A DNA stretch of 64,000 bases from an uncultured Oscillospiraceae bacterium. GTDB lineage: Bacteria > Bacillota > Clostridia > Oscillospirales > Ruminococcaceae. The DNA lies in contig CASEBP010000103.1 in the NCBI GenBank assembly GCA_949285275.1, forward strand, positions 947-64,946. Reading direction: 5' to 3'. A program made the translations under genes and the position numbers. Positions 9,647 through 19,588 of this stretch are shown one piece after another (positions within the stretch are counted from its first letter, which is position 1; each line of letters starts with the position of its first letter). Below the pieces are notes generated by a model. The model saw only the letters and a program-made list of their open reading frames with translations. It ran no database searches and was not told the DNA's origin.

Positions 9647-11032
9647 TCAACGGGACTTTTTCCTCTGCATCCGCGCAACCTGGATCATAATGGCACATTC
9701 GATGCGCTTGCGGAACAGCTCGCAGCCATATTCATAGATCCCCCGGATCGAGCCGGTGGCATGGTAGGCGTTGGCGGCGCAGCCTCCGCTGCAGTAGAGC
9801 TTGGCCCAGCAGTTTTGGCAGTCGGGGCGGGCATAGGCGTTGCACTGGGCAAACTCGTCGCGCAGAGCGGTGTTGGTGACCCCGTCCCAGACGTTGCCCA
9901 TGCTGTAGGCCGGGTCCCCGACAAACTGATGGCAGGGGAAGAGCTCCCCCCATGGGGTGACGGCGAGATATTCGGTGCCAGAGCCGCATCCGGCGATCCG
10001 TTTATAGATGCAGGGACCGCCCTTGAGGTCGATCATGTAGTGATAGAAGGTAAAACCTCTGCCTTCCTCTTCCCGTCGGAGCATCTCCCGGGCGAGGATT
10101 TCGTACTGTTCGAACAGAACCGGCAGATCCGCCTCGGTCAGGGCGTAGGGATCGTCGGGGGAACAGACCACCGGCTCCATCGACAGTTCAGTAAAGCCGA
10201 GATCCGCCATATGGAAGATGTCGTTGGTGAAGTCGAGATTGTTGTGGGTGAAGGTGCCCCGCACATAGTAGCCCTTCTGGCCGCGGCTGGCAGCGAATTT
10301 CTGGAACTTGGGCACGATCAGATCGTAGCTTCCTTTGCCGTTGACGGTGCGGCGCAGACGGTCGTGAACCTCCCGGCGCCCGTCGAGGCTGAGCACAACG
10401 TTGTGCATCTCGCGGTTGCAGAAATCGATCACCTCGTCGTTGACCAGGACGCCGTTGGTCGTCAGCGTGAAGCGGAATTTCTTGTGGCATTCCTCCTCCC
10501 GCGAACGGGCGTAAGCGACCAGCTGCTTGACGACCTCCCAGTTCATCAGCGGTTCGCCGCCGAAGAAATCCACCTCCAGGTTGACCCGGTTTCCCGAATG
10601 GGAGATCAGAAAGTCGAGCGCCTGCTTGCCGACCTCGAAGGTCATCAGCGCCCGCTCGCCGTGATACTTTCCTTGGCTTGCAAAGCAGTAGTCGCAGGTG
10701 AGATTACAGGTGTGGGCGACGTGCAGGCACAATGCCTTGATGACGCCGTTGCGGCCCTTGAAATCAAAGACTTTGCCGGCATAGAGGTCCTCGGTATAGA
10801 GCTTTCCGGCGCGGCGGAGCGCCTCAACCTGCTCGATGCAGGCAGACAGCGCTTCGCGGGTGACGTCGGGATTTCCTGCATAGCGCTCCAGCAGCAGTTC
10901 GATGACCTCTTCGGCGGACTTGTTCTCATAAAGCTGGATCAGGTCGAATGCGACCTCGTCCACCAGATGGACCGATCCGCTGTAGACATCGAGAATAATA
11001 TGGTAGCCGTTGAGCTGGTAGGCATGAATCAT
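9647..11032 (-). CDS. scfB: Thioether cross-link-forming SCIFF peptide maturase (radical SAM/SPASM)
   Basis: CNLTCDYC radical SAM motif, FFGGEPL, C-terminal SPASM cysteines, N-terminal RRE-like region; adjacent to the SCIFF precursor. Confidence 0.95.
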   Translation of the reverse strand: MIHAYQLNGYHIILDVYSGSVHLVDEVAFDLIQLYENKSAEEVIELLLERYAGNPDVTREALSACIEQVEALRRAGKLYTEDLYAGKVFDFKGRNGVIKALCLHVAHTCNLTCDYCFASQGKYHGERALMTFEVGKQALDFLISHSGNRVNLEVDFFGGEPLMNWEVVKQLVAYARSREEECHKKFRFTLTTNGVLVNDEVIDFCNREMHNVVLSLDGRREVHDRLRRTVNGKGSYDLIVPKFQKFAASRGQKGYYVRGTFTHNNLDFTNDIFHMADLGFTELSMEPVVCSPDDPYALTEADLPVLFEQYEILAREMLRREEEGRGFTFYHYMIDLKGGPCIYKRIAGCGSGTEYLAVTPWGELFPCHQFVGDPAYSMGNVWDGVTNTALRDEFAQCNAYARPDCQNCWAKLYCSGGCAANAYHATGSIRGIYEYGCELFRKRIECAIMIQVARMQRKKSR

Positions 11033-11061
11033 GTGGTACACTCCCGTTTGATGCCGGACAG

Positions 11062-11102
11062 AAAAACGCCGCTCAACCGCGCGGGCGGTCGGGCGGCCGT
11101 TT
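11062..11102 (-). terminator. Terminator-like hairpin between scfA and scfB
   Basis: GC-rich imperfect stem (AAACG-CCGC...GCGG-CGTTT) followed by TTTTT on the minus strand. Confidence 0.6.
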
Positions 11103-11116
11103 CCCGGTCAGACCGA

Positions 11117-11269
11117 TTAGTCTTGGGCGCAGCACTTCTCGCACTGCTGATTCGCAACACCGCAGGAGGTCTTGCAGGCCGACTGGCAGGAGGTTTGGCA
11201 TTCGCCGCAGCCGCCGTCCTTGACGCTCTGGGCCAGATCACGGGTGTCGAGGGTTTCGATTCTAATCAT
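11117..11269 (-). CDS. scfA: SCIFF ranthipeptide precursor, 50 aa (absent from ORF track)
   Basis: Manual translation MIRIETLDTRDLAQSVKDGGCGECQTSCQSACKTSCGVANQQCEKCCAQD; AAGGAG RBS; canonical GGCGECQTSCQSACKTSC core. Confidence 0.97.
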   Translation of the reverse strand: MIRIETLDTRDLAQSVKDGGCGECQTSCQSACKTSCGVANQQCEKCCAQD

Positions 11270-11313
11270 AACAAACAACTCCTTTTTTGGTGAGTGCAGA
11301 TTACAGTATCTTC

Positions 11314-11342
11314 ATTCTACAGCGAAGCAGGGATGCTGTCAA
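11314..11342 (-). promoter_or_regulatory. sigma-A promoter of scfA
   Basis: TTGACA-17 nt-TAGAAT on the minus strand, overlapping the upstream gene's stop codon. Confidence 0.75.
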
Positions 11343-12775
11343 GCTTTTGTGGAGGCGAGAACCGCCGCGGTTCCCGGCGGAGTTTTCCGGGTGGCGCGCA
11401 GGGAGATGCCGGCTTCTCCGGCGCGAAGAACGGCCCGGATACAGTCCTCTTCGATCTCCTCGCCGGGGGTTACCCACGGTACGCCGGGAGGATAGGCCCA
11501 GAGGTACTGCGCCGAAACCCGGCCCGCTGCATCCTGCCAACGGACCGGTTCCCAGTCGGCCCGCAGCGCCTCGCCGACCGAAAGGACCGACCGGGGGACC
11601 GGCGGTACGGGCGGATCAGGCGGTTTTGCTGCAAAGCCGGCCTGGCGGTCCAGCGAAAGCAGCGCGTCGGCCAGCCGGTCCAGGCCCTCGTCGGAGTCCA
11701 TCAGACTGGTCATGGCCAGCAGGTAGCCGGGCAAAGCCATTTCGGCTTCGATCCGAAAACCGGTCCGCAGCCGTTCCATCAGCGCCGGACCGTCCAGACC
11801 GCAGGATCCGCAGCCGATCACCAGCTTTCCGGGATCAAAATCCCAGCAGAAGCCCGCTTCCTGCTGCAGCCGCTCCTCCGTATAAAGGACCAGGTTCTGC
11901 AGTGCCCGGCACCGCTTTTCCAGGCGGGCCAACCGCTGCCGGTAGGCGGAAAAGCGGACCTGTCCCTCCTGTTCAAGCAGCTGCAGGCAGCGGTCAGCCA
12001 TCGCAAGCAGCGGGTAGGATGGACTGCTTGTCTCAAAGATATCCAGCTGGTGGCTCACCCGCTCCGGGTCGACGAGGGTGCCGCTGCGGTGGAGTACCGC
12101 GGTCTGGGTTGGGGCAGGCAGCGTCTTGTGCAGGCTCTGCACCACCAGGTCGGCGCCGCATTGCACCGCGCTTTTGGGAAAGCCGGGATCGAAGCCCAGG
12201 TGGGCGCCGTGGGCTGAGTCGACGATCAGCGGGATATGGGCGCGGTGGCACAGCGCGGCGATCCGCCCGATATCGCTGACGACCCCCTCGTAGGTTGGAG
12301 AGGTGAGAATAACCGTCCGCACGGTCGGAAACTGCCGCAGCGCCTTTTCAACCGCTTCGGGAGGGATGCTGCCGCAGAAAGGAAACGGTCCGCAGGCCGG
12401 CTCAAGATAGACGGGCCGCAGCCCCCAGAGCTCCAGCGCATGGTAGGCGGATTTGTGGCAGTTTCGGGCGATCAGGACGGTGTCACCCGGATCGGTGCAG
12501 GCGCCGACCGCCGCGAGCAGGCCGCAGGTGCTTCCGTTGACAAGAAGCCAGGCCTCGTCGCTGCCAAACAGCCGGGCGGCGCGCTGCTGTGCCTCCAGCA
12601 GAATGCCCTGCGGATGATGCAGATCGTCGAAACCGTCGATTTCGGTGATGTCACAGCGCCAGGGAAAGCCGGGGCAAAGGTCGTGATCCTGCCGCTTGTG
12701 ACCCGGCATGTGCATCGGGTAGACGCCGGAACGGCCGTTTTCTTCGAGCAGCGCCCACAAATCGGATTTTGGCAT
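11339..12775 (-). CDS. Arginine/lysine/ornithine decarboxylase family PLP enzyme (YaaO-like)
   Basis: HMPGHK, LVNGSTCG, RNCHKS, DSAHG, SLHKTL PLP-lysine motif; start ATG 12775 after AGGAGG. Confidence 0.9.
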   Translation of the reverse strand: MPKSDLWALLEENGRSGVYPMHMPGHKRQDHDLCPGFPWRCDITEIDGFDDLHHPQGILLEAQQRAARLFGSDEAWLLVNGSTCGLLAAVGACTDPGDTVLIARNCHKSAYHALELWGLRPVYLEPACGPFPFCGSIPPEAVEKALRQFPTVRTVILTSPTYEGVVSDIGRIAALCHRAHIPLIVDSAHGAHLGFDPGFPKSAVQCGADLVVQSLHKTLPAPTQTAVLHRSGTLVDPERVSHQLDIFETSSPSYPLLAMADRCLQLLEQEGQVRFSAYRQRLARLEKRCRALQNLVLYTEERLQQEAGFCWDFDPGKLVIGCGSCGLDGPALMERLRTGFRIEAEMALPGYLLAMTSLMDSDEGLDRLADALLSLDRQAGFAAKPPDPPVPPVPRSVLSVGEALRADWEPVRWQDAAGRVSAQYLWAYPPGVPWVTPGEEIEEDCIRAVLRAGEAGISLRATRKTPPGTAAVLASTKA

Positions 12776-12889
12776 GTCGGATTCCTCCTGTTCTGCCGGT
12801 ATTATAGCACAGCTTTCCCGGGCTGAAAACAGGCCGCGCCGGATTGACGGGCCGGATCCGGGCGTGTTACAATCGAAAAAAAGGAGGGG

Positions 12890-14392
12890 ATGGCGTTGAC
12901 CGGACGGTATCTGCTTGCGCTGGACCAGGGGACAACAAGCTCCCGTGCAATTCTGTTTGACCGGGAGCAGCGGATGCTCGCGGTAGCCCAGCGGGATTTT
13001 GCCCAGCATTATCCGCGGGAGGGCTGGGTCGAGCATGACCCGATGGAGATCTATTCAACCCAGGCCGGTGTGATGGCGGAGGCGGTTGCGAAGAGCGGCA
13101 TCGATCCGCGTGAGATCGCTGCCATCGGGGTTACCAACCAACGGGAGACCACCGTCGTCTGGGAAAAGGCGACCGGACGTCCGATTTACCCCGCGATTGT
13201 CTGGCAGTGCCGCCGCACCAGTGGGATCTGTGACCGGCTCAAGGCTGAGGGCGCCGGAGAGATGATCCGGCGCAAGACGGGGCTTTTGATCGATGCCTAC
13301 TTTTCGGCGACCAAGATCCGCTGGATTCTCGACCGGATTCCCGGCGCCCAGCAGCGCGCCGAGCGGGGGGAGCTGTTGTTTGGCACCGTCGACAGCTGGC
13401 TGATTTGGAAGCTTACCGATGGGGCGGTCCATGTCACCGATCCGACCAACGCCTCCCGTACGATGCTGTTTAATATCCACACCCTCGACTGGGATGATGA
13501 GCTGCTCGCGCTGCTTAACATCCCGCGGGCGATGCTGCCGCAGGTCCGTTCTTCCAGTGAAGTTTACGGGGAGACCGATCTGCTCGGGGTCAGGGTGCCG
13601 ATCGCCGGCATTGCCGGAGACCAGCAGGCGGCCCTCTTCGGACAGTGCTGCTTTGAGAAAGGGGAAGCCAAAAATACCTATGGGACCGGCTGCTTCCTTT
13701 TGATGAATATGGGAGAGACCCCCTGTGAGAGCCGCAACGGGTTGATTACGACGGTGGCCATCTCTCGGGGCGGAAAAACGCAGTATGCGCTGGAAGGCAG
13801 CGTCTTTGTCGGTGGTGCGGTGGTCCAGTGGCTGCGCGACGAGCTGCATTTGATTGCCGACAGCGCCGAGATTGGGCCACTGGCCCGTACCGTGCCGGAT
13901 ACTGGCGGGGTTTATCTGGTGCCTGCCTTTACCGGATTGGGCGCACCACATTGGGATATGTACGCCCGAGGCTGCATCGTCGGGCTGACCCGCGGAACCA
14001 CCCGGGCTCACCTTGCCCGTGCTGCAGAGGAGTCCATCGCCTACCAGGTGGCCGATCTGGTCGGTGCGATGGAACGGGATACCGGCGTGAGGATGCAGCG
14101 GCTCAACGCTGACGGCGGCGCCGCACGGGATTCGTTTTTGATGCAGTTCCAGGCCGATCTGCTCGGCCGAACGGTCTGCCGCCCGGCTATCCTTGAGACG
14201 ACCGCCCTCGGTGCGGCGCTGCTGGCGGGGCTGGCTGTGGGGGTTTGGAGCGGAACCGATGAGATTCGGCGCGGCCGGCAGGCGGATACTATTTTCGCAC
14301 CGGATATGACGCCTTCCCGCCGGGAACTGCTGCTTGCCGGTTGGAATCGGGCGGTGGGGCACAGCCGCGGCTGGGCGGCCCCCGACTGCTGA
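12890..14392 (+). CDS. glpK: Glycerol kinase
   Basis: [40 protein letters not shown]. Confidence 0.97.
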   Translation: MALTGRYLLALDQGTTSSRAILFDREQRMLAVAQRDFAQHYPREGWVEHDPMEIYSTQAGVMAEAVAKSGIDPREIAAIGVTNQRETTVVWEKATGRPIYPAIVWQCRRTSGICDRLKAEGAGEMIRRKTGLLIDAYFSATKIRWILDRIPGAQQRAERGELLFGTVDSWLIWKLTDGAVHVTDPTNASRTMLFNIHTLDWDDELLALLNIPRAMLPQVRSSSEVYGETDLLGVRVPIAGIAGDQQAALFGQCCFEKGEAKNTYGTGCFLLMNMGETPCESRNGLITTVAISRGGKTQYALEGSVFVGGAVVQWLRDELHLIADSAEIGPLARTVPDTGGVYLVPAFTGLGAPHWDMYARGCIVGLTRGTTRAHLARAAEESIAYQVADLVGAMERDTGVRMQRLNADGGAARDSFLMQFQADLLGRTVCRPAILETTALGAALLAGLAVGVWSGTDEIRRGRQADTIFAPDMTPSRRELLLAGWNRAVGHSRGWAAPDC

Positions 14393-14408
14393 ATGACAAA
14401 ATAAAAAT

Positions 14409-14453
14409 AGCCGCATCGGACAGAAAACCATCTGTCGGGTGCGGCTTTTCTTT
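14409..14453 (+). terminator. glpK intrinsic terminator
   Basis: AGCCGCATC..GACAGA/TCTGTC..GGTGCGGCT long stem plus TTTCTTT. Confidence 0.75.
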
Positions 14454-14488
14454 GTGCAGAAAAAACTGTAAACAATTTATGAAACCTC

Positions 14489-14517
14489 TTGACAAACCGC
14501 TCCGAGAATGGTAAATT
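14489..14517 (+). promoter_or_regulatory. sigma-A promoter of the hrcA operon
   Basis: TTGACA-17 nt-TAAATT with TGn extension. Confidence 0.8.
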
Positions 14518-14521
14518 ACAC

Positions 14522-14548
14522 TTAGCACTCAAGATATAAGAGTGCTAA
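14522..14548. promoter_or_regulatory. CIRCE operator (HrcA binding site)
   Basis: Perfect TTAGCACTC-N9-GAGTGCTAA upstream of hrcA. Confidence 0.98.
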
Positions 14549-14614
14549 AACCAAAACAGCGCTTCAGATGCCGGCCCGGTCCGGCGGTTCCCGGCGCGAA
14601 GGAGGTCTTGGGTC

Positions 14615-15643
14615 GTGGCGCTGGACGGAAGAAAAGCACCGATCCTTAAAGCGGTGGTCGAACGGTTCATCCAGACCGGAGAACCGGTTGGCTCCAAATA
14701 TGTGGCGCAGGCGATGGGCAACGCCGTCTCGTCGGCAACCATCCGCAATGAGATGGCCGCCCTTGAAGGGGCAGGACTTCTTGAACAGCCTCACACTTCG
14801 TCGGGGCGGGTACCGACCCATATGGGCTACCGGGTCTATATCGACGAGATGATGGAGCAGGAGCCGCTGACCCCCCGTGAACGCAGTGAGATTGACGCCC
14901 TCTTCAATGTGCGAAACGCCGATCCCGATCAGTTGCTGCGGGATGCGGCCGCCTCGCTTGCCGACCTGACCCGGTTGGCGGCGGTCTCGACGACGATGAT
15001 CCCACATACGGTGACGGTCAAGCGGGTTCAGATCATCCCTGCCGGAAGACGGACGGTGGTCATCCTGCTGGTGGCTTCGTCGGGGGTCATCAAGAACAAA
15101 GTTTGCCGGCTGGATTTTGAACTGACCGAAGCGGTCATCCGCTTTTTCACCGAGTTTGCTCAGAAACAGCTGGTCGGACGCAGCCTTGAGGAGATTACCA
15201 GCAGCTACCTGAGCGCCGTCAGCGTTTCGCTCGGTGATTACGCCCGGCTGTTTATGCCGGTTTTTGCCGCACTGTTTGATCTGGTGCGGGAGATCAACGA
15301 CGGACAATACTTCGCCCGTGGTACCACCAATTTGCTGGGCTATGGCGAACTTTCAGCTACCGCCTATGACCTGCTGAGCTTCATCGAGAAGCCCCAGGAG
15401 ATGCATGATCTGCTCTCTGGACACCGGGCGCCGATTCAGGTGCTGATCGGACGGGAAACGGCGGTCGCACAGATGGCCGAAAGCTCGATGATCATCGCCC
15501 GGTACAATATCGGTGAGAATGCCGCCGGTGCGATCGGTATCATTGGTCCGGTACGGATGAATTACGCGCGGCTTCTGCCGCATCTGGAATATTTCGCGAC
15601 AACGCTAGGCAAGCTGTTGAGCGAAACCTACACTGAACAATAA
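14615..15643 (+). CDS. hrcA: Heat-inducible transcription repressor
   Basis: EPVGSK, SSATIRNEM, HTSSGRVPT..GYR; downstream of CIRCE. Confidence 0.97.
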   Translation: MALDGRKAPILKAVVERFIQTGEPVGSKYVAQAMGNAVSSATIRNEMAALEGAGLLEQPHTSSGRVPTHMGYRVYIDEMMEQEPLTPRERSEIDALFNVRNADPDQLLRDAAASLADLTRLAAVSTTMIPHTVTVKRVQIIPAGRRTVVILLVASSGVIKNKVCRLDFELTEAVIRFFTEFAQKQLVGRSLEEITSSYLSAVSVSLGDYARLFMPVFAALFDLVREINDGQYFARGTTNLLGYGELSATAYDLLSFIEKPQEMHDLLSGHRAPIQVLIGRETAVAQMAESSMIIARYNIGENAAGAIGIIGPVRMNYARLLPHLEYFATTLGKLLSETYTEQ

Positions 15644-15682
15644 CCACCGCCCGGAGGGCGGCCTGCGAAGGGAGCGACCCGA

Positions 15683-16297
15683 ATGGAAGAACATAATCAG
15701 AATCAAGCCGAGGAGCTCGAGCGCGAGACGCAGGAGCCGGAGGCTGAAGCGGCCGATACGCCGCAAGCCGAAGCCGAAGTTGATCCGCAGCAGCCCGACG
15801 AAGCAAAAGAGGAAAAGAAGGGCTGGCGGGACCGCCTCAAAAAGGAGGATCCCAGGGACGCACAGATCAAAAAGCTGCAGGAGGATTATGCGGCACTCAA
15901 TGACCGTTACCTGCGGCTGATGGCGGAGTATGACAACTTCCGCAAGCGGTCCCAGCGGGAACGGGATGCGATTTATCCCGAAGCAACCGCCGCCGCGGTG
16001 AGCGGGTTTTTGACGGTGGCCGACAATTTTGAACGGGCGCTCGCTGCTGAGTGCAAGGATCCCGAGTACAAAAAGGGAACCGAGTTGACCTATAAATCGC
16101 TGCTTGACACGTTGGAGAAACTGAAGGTTGAGGCGTTTGGAGAGCCGGGCGAACCGTTCGATCCTAACTGCCACAACGCGGTCATGCATGTGGAGGATGA
16201 ATCCCTTGAACCCGGAACCATCGCGGAGGTTTTCCAGCGGGGGTACCGGCTGGGAGAACGGGTGATCCGCCATGCTATGGTCAAGGTGGCCAACTGA
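15683..16297 (+). CDS. grpE: Nucleotide exchange factor
   Basis: AEYDNFRKR, FDPNCHNAV, GY.LGERVIRHAMVKV. Confidence 0.97.
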   Translation: MEEHNQNQAEELERETQEPEAEAADTPQAEAEVDPQQPDEAKEEKKGWRDRLKKEDPRDAQIKKLQEDYAALNDRYLRLMAEYDNFRKRSQRERDAIYPEATAAAVSGFLTVADNFERALAAECKDPEYKKGTELTYKSLLDTLEKLKVEAFGEPGEPFDPNCHNAVMHVEDESLEPGTIAEVFQRGYRLGERVIRHAMVKVAN

Positions 16298-16378
16298 AAC
16301 CAGCATATCCCGTCCGGCGCAGGCCGGCGAAAAAATAGAACCAACAGAATGCTCTGATGATATTGGGAGGAATTGATT

Positions 16379-18214
16379 ATGGGAAAAATGATTGGTATTG
16401 ACCTTGGAACGACTAACTCTTGCGTCGCCGTCATGGAGGGCGGCGAGCCTGTTGTGATCCCGAACCCCGAAGGTGCGCGGACGACTCCGTCGGTTGTGGC
16501 TTTCTCCAAGACCGGCGAGCGGATGATCGGCCAGGTGGCAAAGCGCCAGGCGATCACCAACCCTGACCGTACGATCAGCTCGATCAAGCGGAAGATGGGC
16601 TCGGATTACCATGTGGAGATCGATGGCAAGCGCTATACCCCGCAGGAGATTTCGGCTATGATTCTGCAGAAGCTCAAGTCCGACGCGGAAGCCTATCTCG
16701 GCCAGCCGGTCACCGAGGCGGTCATCACCGTCCCGGCCTACTTCACCGACGCACAGCGTCAGGCGACCAAGGATGCCGGCAAGATCGCGGGCCTTGACGT
16801 CAAGCGGATCATCAACGAGCCGACCGCCGCGGCACTTGCTTACGGCGTCGACAAGGAGGCCGACCAGAAGGTCATGGTTTATGACCTGGGCGGCGGCACC
16901 TTCGATGTCTCGATCATCGAGATGGGCGACGGGGTGCAGGAAGTCCTTGCAACCGCCGGCAACAACCGGCTCGGCGGCGACGACTTCGATGATCGCCTGA
17001 TCAAATATATGGTTTCTGAGTTCAAGCGGGAAAATGGTGTTGATCTTTCGGGCGATAAGATGGCTATGCAGCGGCTCAAGGAGGCTGCCGAGAAGGCCAA
17101 GATCGAGCTTTCCGGCATGACGACCGCACAGGTCAACCTCCCGTTCATTACCGCCGATGCCAACGGCCCGAAGCACCTCGACATGACCATCACCCGTGCC
17201 AAGTTTAACGAGCTGACCGCCGACCTGGTTCAGGCGACGATGGGCCCGGTGCGTCAGGCACTGTCCGATTCGGGGCTGTCGGTCGGCCAGATCGACAAGG
17301 TCCTGATGGTAGGCGGCTCTTCGAGAATCCCTGCGGTTCTTGAGGCGGTCAAGAGCTTTATCGGCAAGGATCCGTTCAAGGGCATCAACCCGGATGAATG
17401 TGTCGCGGTTGGCGCGGCGATCCAGGCGGGCGTGCTCGGCGGCGATGTCAAGGGCCTGCTGCTGCTCGATGTTACCCCGCTTTCGCTGGGCATCGAGACG
17501 ATGGGCGGGGTCTTCACCCGGATCATCGACCGCAACACCACCATTCCGACCAAGAAGAGCCAGATCTTCTCGACTGCTGCGGATAATCAGACCTCGGTTG
17601 AGGTCCATGTCCTGCAGGGCGAGCGGGAGATGGCTGCCGATAACAAGACGCTGGGCGTCTTCCGGCTTGACGGTATCCTGCCGGCCCGCCGCGGCGTGCC
17701 GCAGATCGAGGTAACCTTCGATATCGACGCCAACGGCATCGTGCATGTCTACGCGAAGGATAAGGGTACCGGCAAGGAACAGAACATCACCATCTCCTCT
17801 TCGACCAACATGTCCAAGGAGGATATCGAGAAGGCGGTTAAGGACGCCGAGCAGTTTGCTGAGGCGGATAAGAAGCGCCGGGAAGAGGTTGATGTACGCA
17901 ACAATGCCGATCAGCTCGTCTATCAGACCGAGCAGGCGATCAGCGAACTTGGCGACAAGATGGGCGCCAACGAGAAGGGTGAGATTGAGTCGAAGCTCAA
18001 CGCCCTCAAGGAAGCGCTCAAGGGTACCGATATTGAGCTGATCAAGACCGGCACCGATTCGCTGCAGAAGAAGTTTGCCGAGATCTCGGAGAAGGTCTAC
18101 CGCGAGGCTGCTGCCCAGCAGCAGACCCAGCAGTCCGGTCCGGATGCGGGCACCCAGGGCGGCCAGAACGGCGGCAGCGACTATGTCGACGCCGACTTCA
18201 AGGAAGCCGACTAA
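16379..18214 (+). CDS. dnaK: Molecular chaperone DnaK
   Basis: [33 protein letters not shown]. Confidence 0.99.
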   Translation: MGKMIGIDLGTTNSCVAVMEGGEPVVIPNPEGARTTPSVVAFSKTGERMIGQVAKRQAITNPDRTISSIKRKMGSDYHVEIDGKRYTPQEISAMILQKLKSDAEAYLGQPVTEAVITVPAYFTDAQRQATKDAGKIAGLDVKRIINEPTAAALAYGVDKEADQKVMVYDLGGGTFDVSIIEMGDGVQEVLATAGNNRLGGDDFDDRLIKYMVSEFKRENGVDLSGDKMAMQRLKEAAEKAKIELSGMTTAQVNLPFITADANGPKHLDMTITRAKFNELTADLVQATMGPVRQALSDSGLSVGQIDKVLMVGGSSRIPAVLEAVKSFIGKDPFKGINPDECVAVGAAIQAGVLGGDVKGLLLLDVTPLSLGIETMGGVFTRIIDRNTTIPTKKSQIFSTAADNQTSVEVHVLQGEREMAADNKTLGVFRLDGILPARRGVPQIEVTFDIDANGIVHVYAKDKGTGKEQNITISSSTNMSKEDIEKAVKDAEQFAEADKKRREEVDVRNNADQLVYQTEQAISELGDKMGANEKGEIESKLNALKEALKGTDIELIKTGTDSLQKKFAEISEKVYREAAAQQQTQQSGPDAGTQGGQNGGSDYVDADFKEAD

Positions 18215-18230
18215 ACCATGCAGCTTTTGA

Positions 18231-18267
18231 GGCAAAGGCTCCTGACGGACCGGTCGGGGGCCTTGCC
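18231..18267 (+). terminator. Stem-loop between dnaK and dnaJ
   Basis: GGCAAAGGCTCCTGAC / GTCGGGGGCCTTGCC inverted repeat without a strong U-tract. Confidence 0.5.
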
Positions 18268-18367
18268 CTGTGTATTGTCCTGTGTTATGATGGACATCTG
18301 CAGGCCCGATGACGGGCAAGGATCCGCCGGGAATTCCGTCGGGCCTTCAGAAGGGAGATGATGCGAT

Positions 18368-19531
18368 TTGGCCGACAAGAGGGATTATTACGAGGTGCTT
18401 GGGGTGCCCAAGACCGCCTCGGATGACGAGATTAAGAAAGCCTACCGCAAGCTCGCAAAAAAATATCACCCCGATATGAATCCCGGGGATAAGGATGCCG
18501 AAGCCAAATTCAAAGAGGTAGGGGAGGCCTATGAGATCCTCTCCGACCGGGAGAAGCGGGCACGCTACGACCAGTTCGGCTTTGCGGGGGTTGACCCCAG
18601 CTATGGCACGGGTACGGGTGGATACGGTGCGGCGGGCTTTGACGATATCGATCTTGGCGATTTGTTCGGCAGCTTTTTCGGGGGATTCGGCGGATTCGGC
18701 GGTTCAACCCGCACCCGCAACCCCAACGGCCCGATTCGGGGCCGTGATATCAATCTGAATATGACCCTGGCATTTGCAGAAGCCGCCCTCGGCTGCAAGA
18801 AGGATGTGGTGATCCCGCACCTCGAAACCTGCGAGAGCTGCCACGGGACCGGTGCGGCGCCCGGCAGCAATCCGGAAACCTGTCCTACCTGCGGCGGTTC
18901 AGGCACGGTACGCACCACCGAACGCACGATGCTCGGCACCATGCAGGTGCAGAAGACCTGCCCCCGGTGCGGCGGCAAGGGGAAGATTATTTCCAACCCC
19001 TGCTCCACCTGTGGTGGCCAGGGACGGGTACGCAAGCAGAAGAAGCTCACGGTCACCGTTCCGGCCGGCATCAACGACGGCCAGACCTTCACGCTGCGCG
19101 GGCAGGGAGATGCAGGACAGAACGGCGGCCCGGCGGGAGATGCCAATATCACCGTGACGGTGCGCCCCGATCCCACCTATGAGCGGGACGGCTATGATAT
19201 CTGGTGTGATATCCCCGTGACCTTCGCTCAGGCGGCGCTCGGCGACGAGATTACCGTCCCGACCCTCGAGGGAAAGGTGAAATACAACATCCCCGAGGGA
19301 ACTCAGACTGGAACGGTGTTCCGGCTCAAGGGACGTGGTGTGCCCTATATCAACGGACGGGGCAAGGGCGATCAGTTCGTCCGAATCAACGTCGAGATCC
19401 CCAAGTCGCTCAACAGCAAGCAGAAGCAGGCGCTTCGCGAGTTTGAAGCGACCCTCGGGGTCAAGAATTATGAAAAGCGCAAGGGCTTTTTTGAGCGGAT
19501 CAAAGAGTCAATGAAGGGGGAGGATCTCTGA
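18368..19531 (+). CDS. dnaJ: Molecular chaperone DnaJ
   Basis: J-domain HPD, G/F region, four CxxCxGxG repeats. Confidence 0.98.
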   Translation: MADKRDYYEVLGVPKTASDDEIKKAYRKLAKKYHPDMNPGDKDAEAKFKEVGEAYEILSDREKRARYDQFGFAGVDPSYGTGTGGYGAAGFDDIDLGDLFGSFFGGFGGFGGSTRTRNPNGPIRGRDINLNMTLAFAEAALGCKKDVVIPHLETCESCHGTGAAPGSNPETCPTCGGSGTVRTTERTMLGTMQVQKTCPRCGGKGKIISNPCSTCGGQGRVRKQKKLTVTVPAGINDGQTFTLRGQGDAGQNGGPAGDANITVTVRPDPTYERDGYDIWCDIPVTFAQAALGDEITVPTLEGKVKYNIPEGTQTGTVFRLKGRGVPYINGRGKGDQFVRINVEIPKSLNSKQKQALREFEATLGVKNYEKRKGFFERIKESMKGEDL

Positions 19532-19545
19532 TCCTTCCCACAAGG

Positions 19546-19576
19546 AAAGGGCCGCCTCGGAAGAGGCGGCCCTTTT
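19546..19576. terminator. Bidirectional terminator dnaJ/ytvI
   Basis: AAAGGGCCGCCTC-GGAA-GAGGCGGCCCTTTT between convergent genes. Confidence 0.85.
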
Positions 19577-19588
19577 AAGCAGGTGCAG

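Noticed and set aside
9191-11293. 700-aa plus-strand ORF over scfA/scfB
   Set aside because: Shadow of the real minus-strand genes
15605-18319. 904-aa ORF antisense to grpE/dnaK
   Set aside because: Well-known shadow ORF opposite GC-rich dnaK genes; no independent motifs
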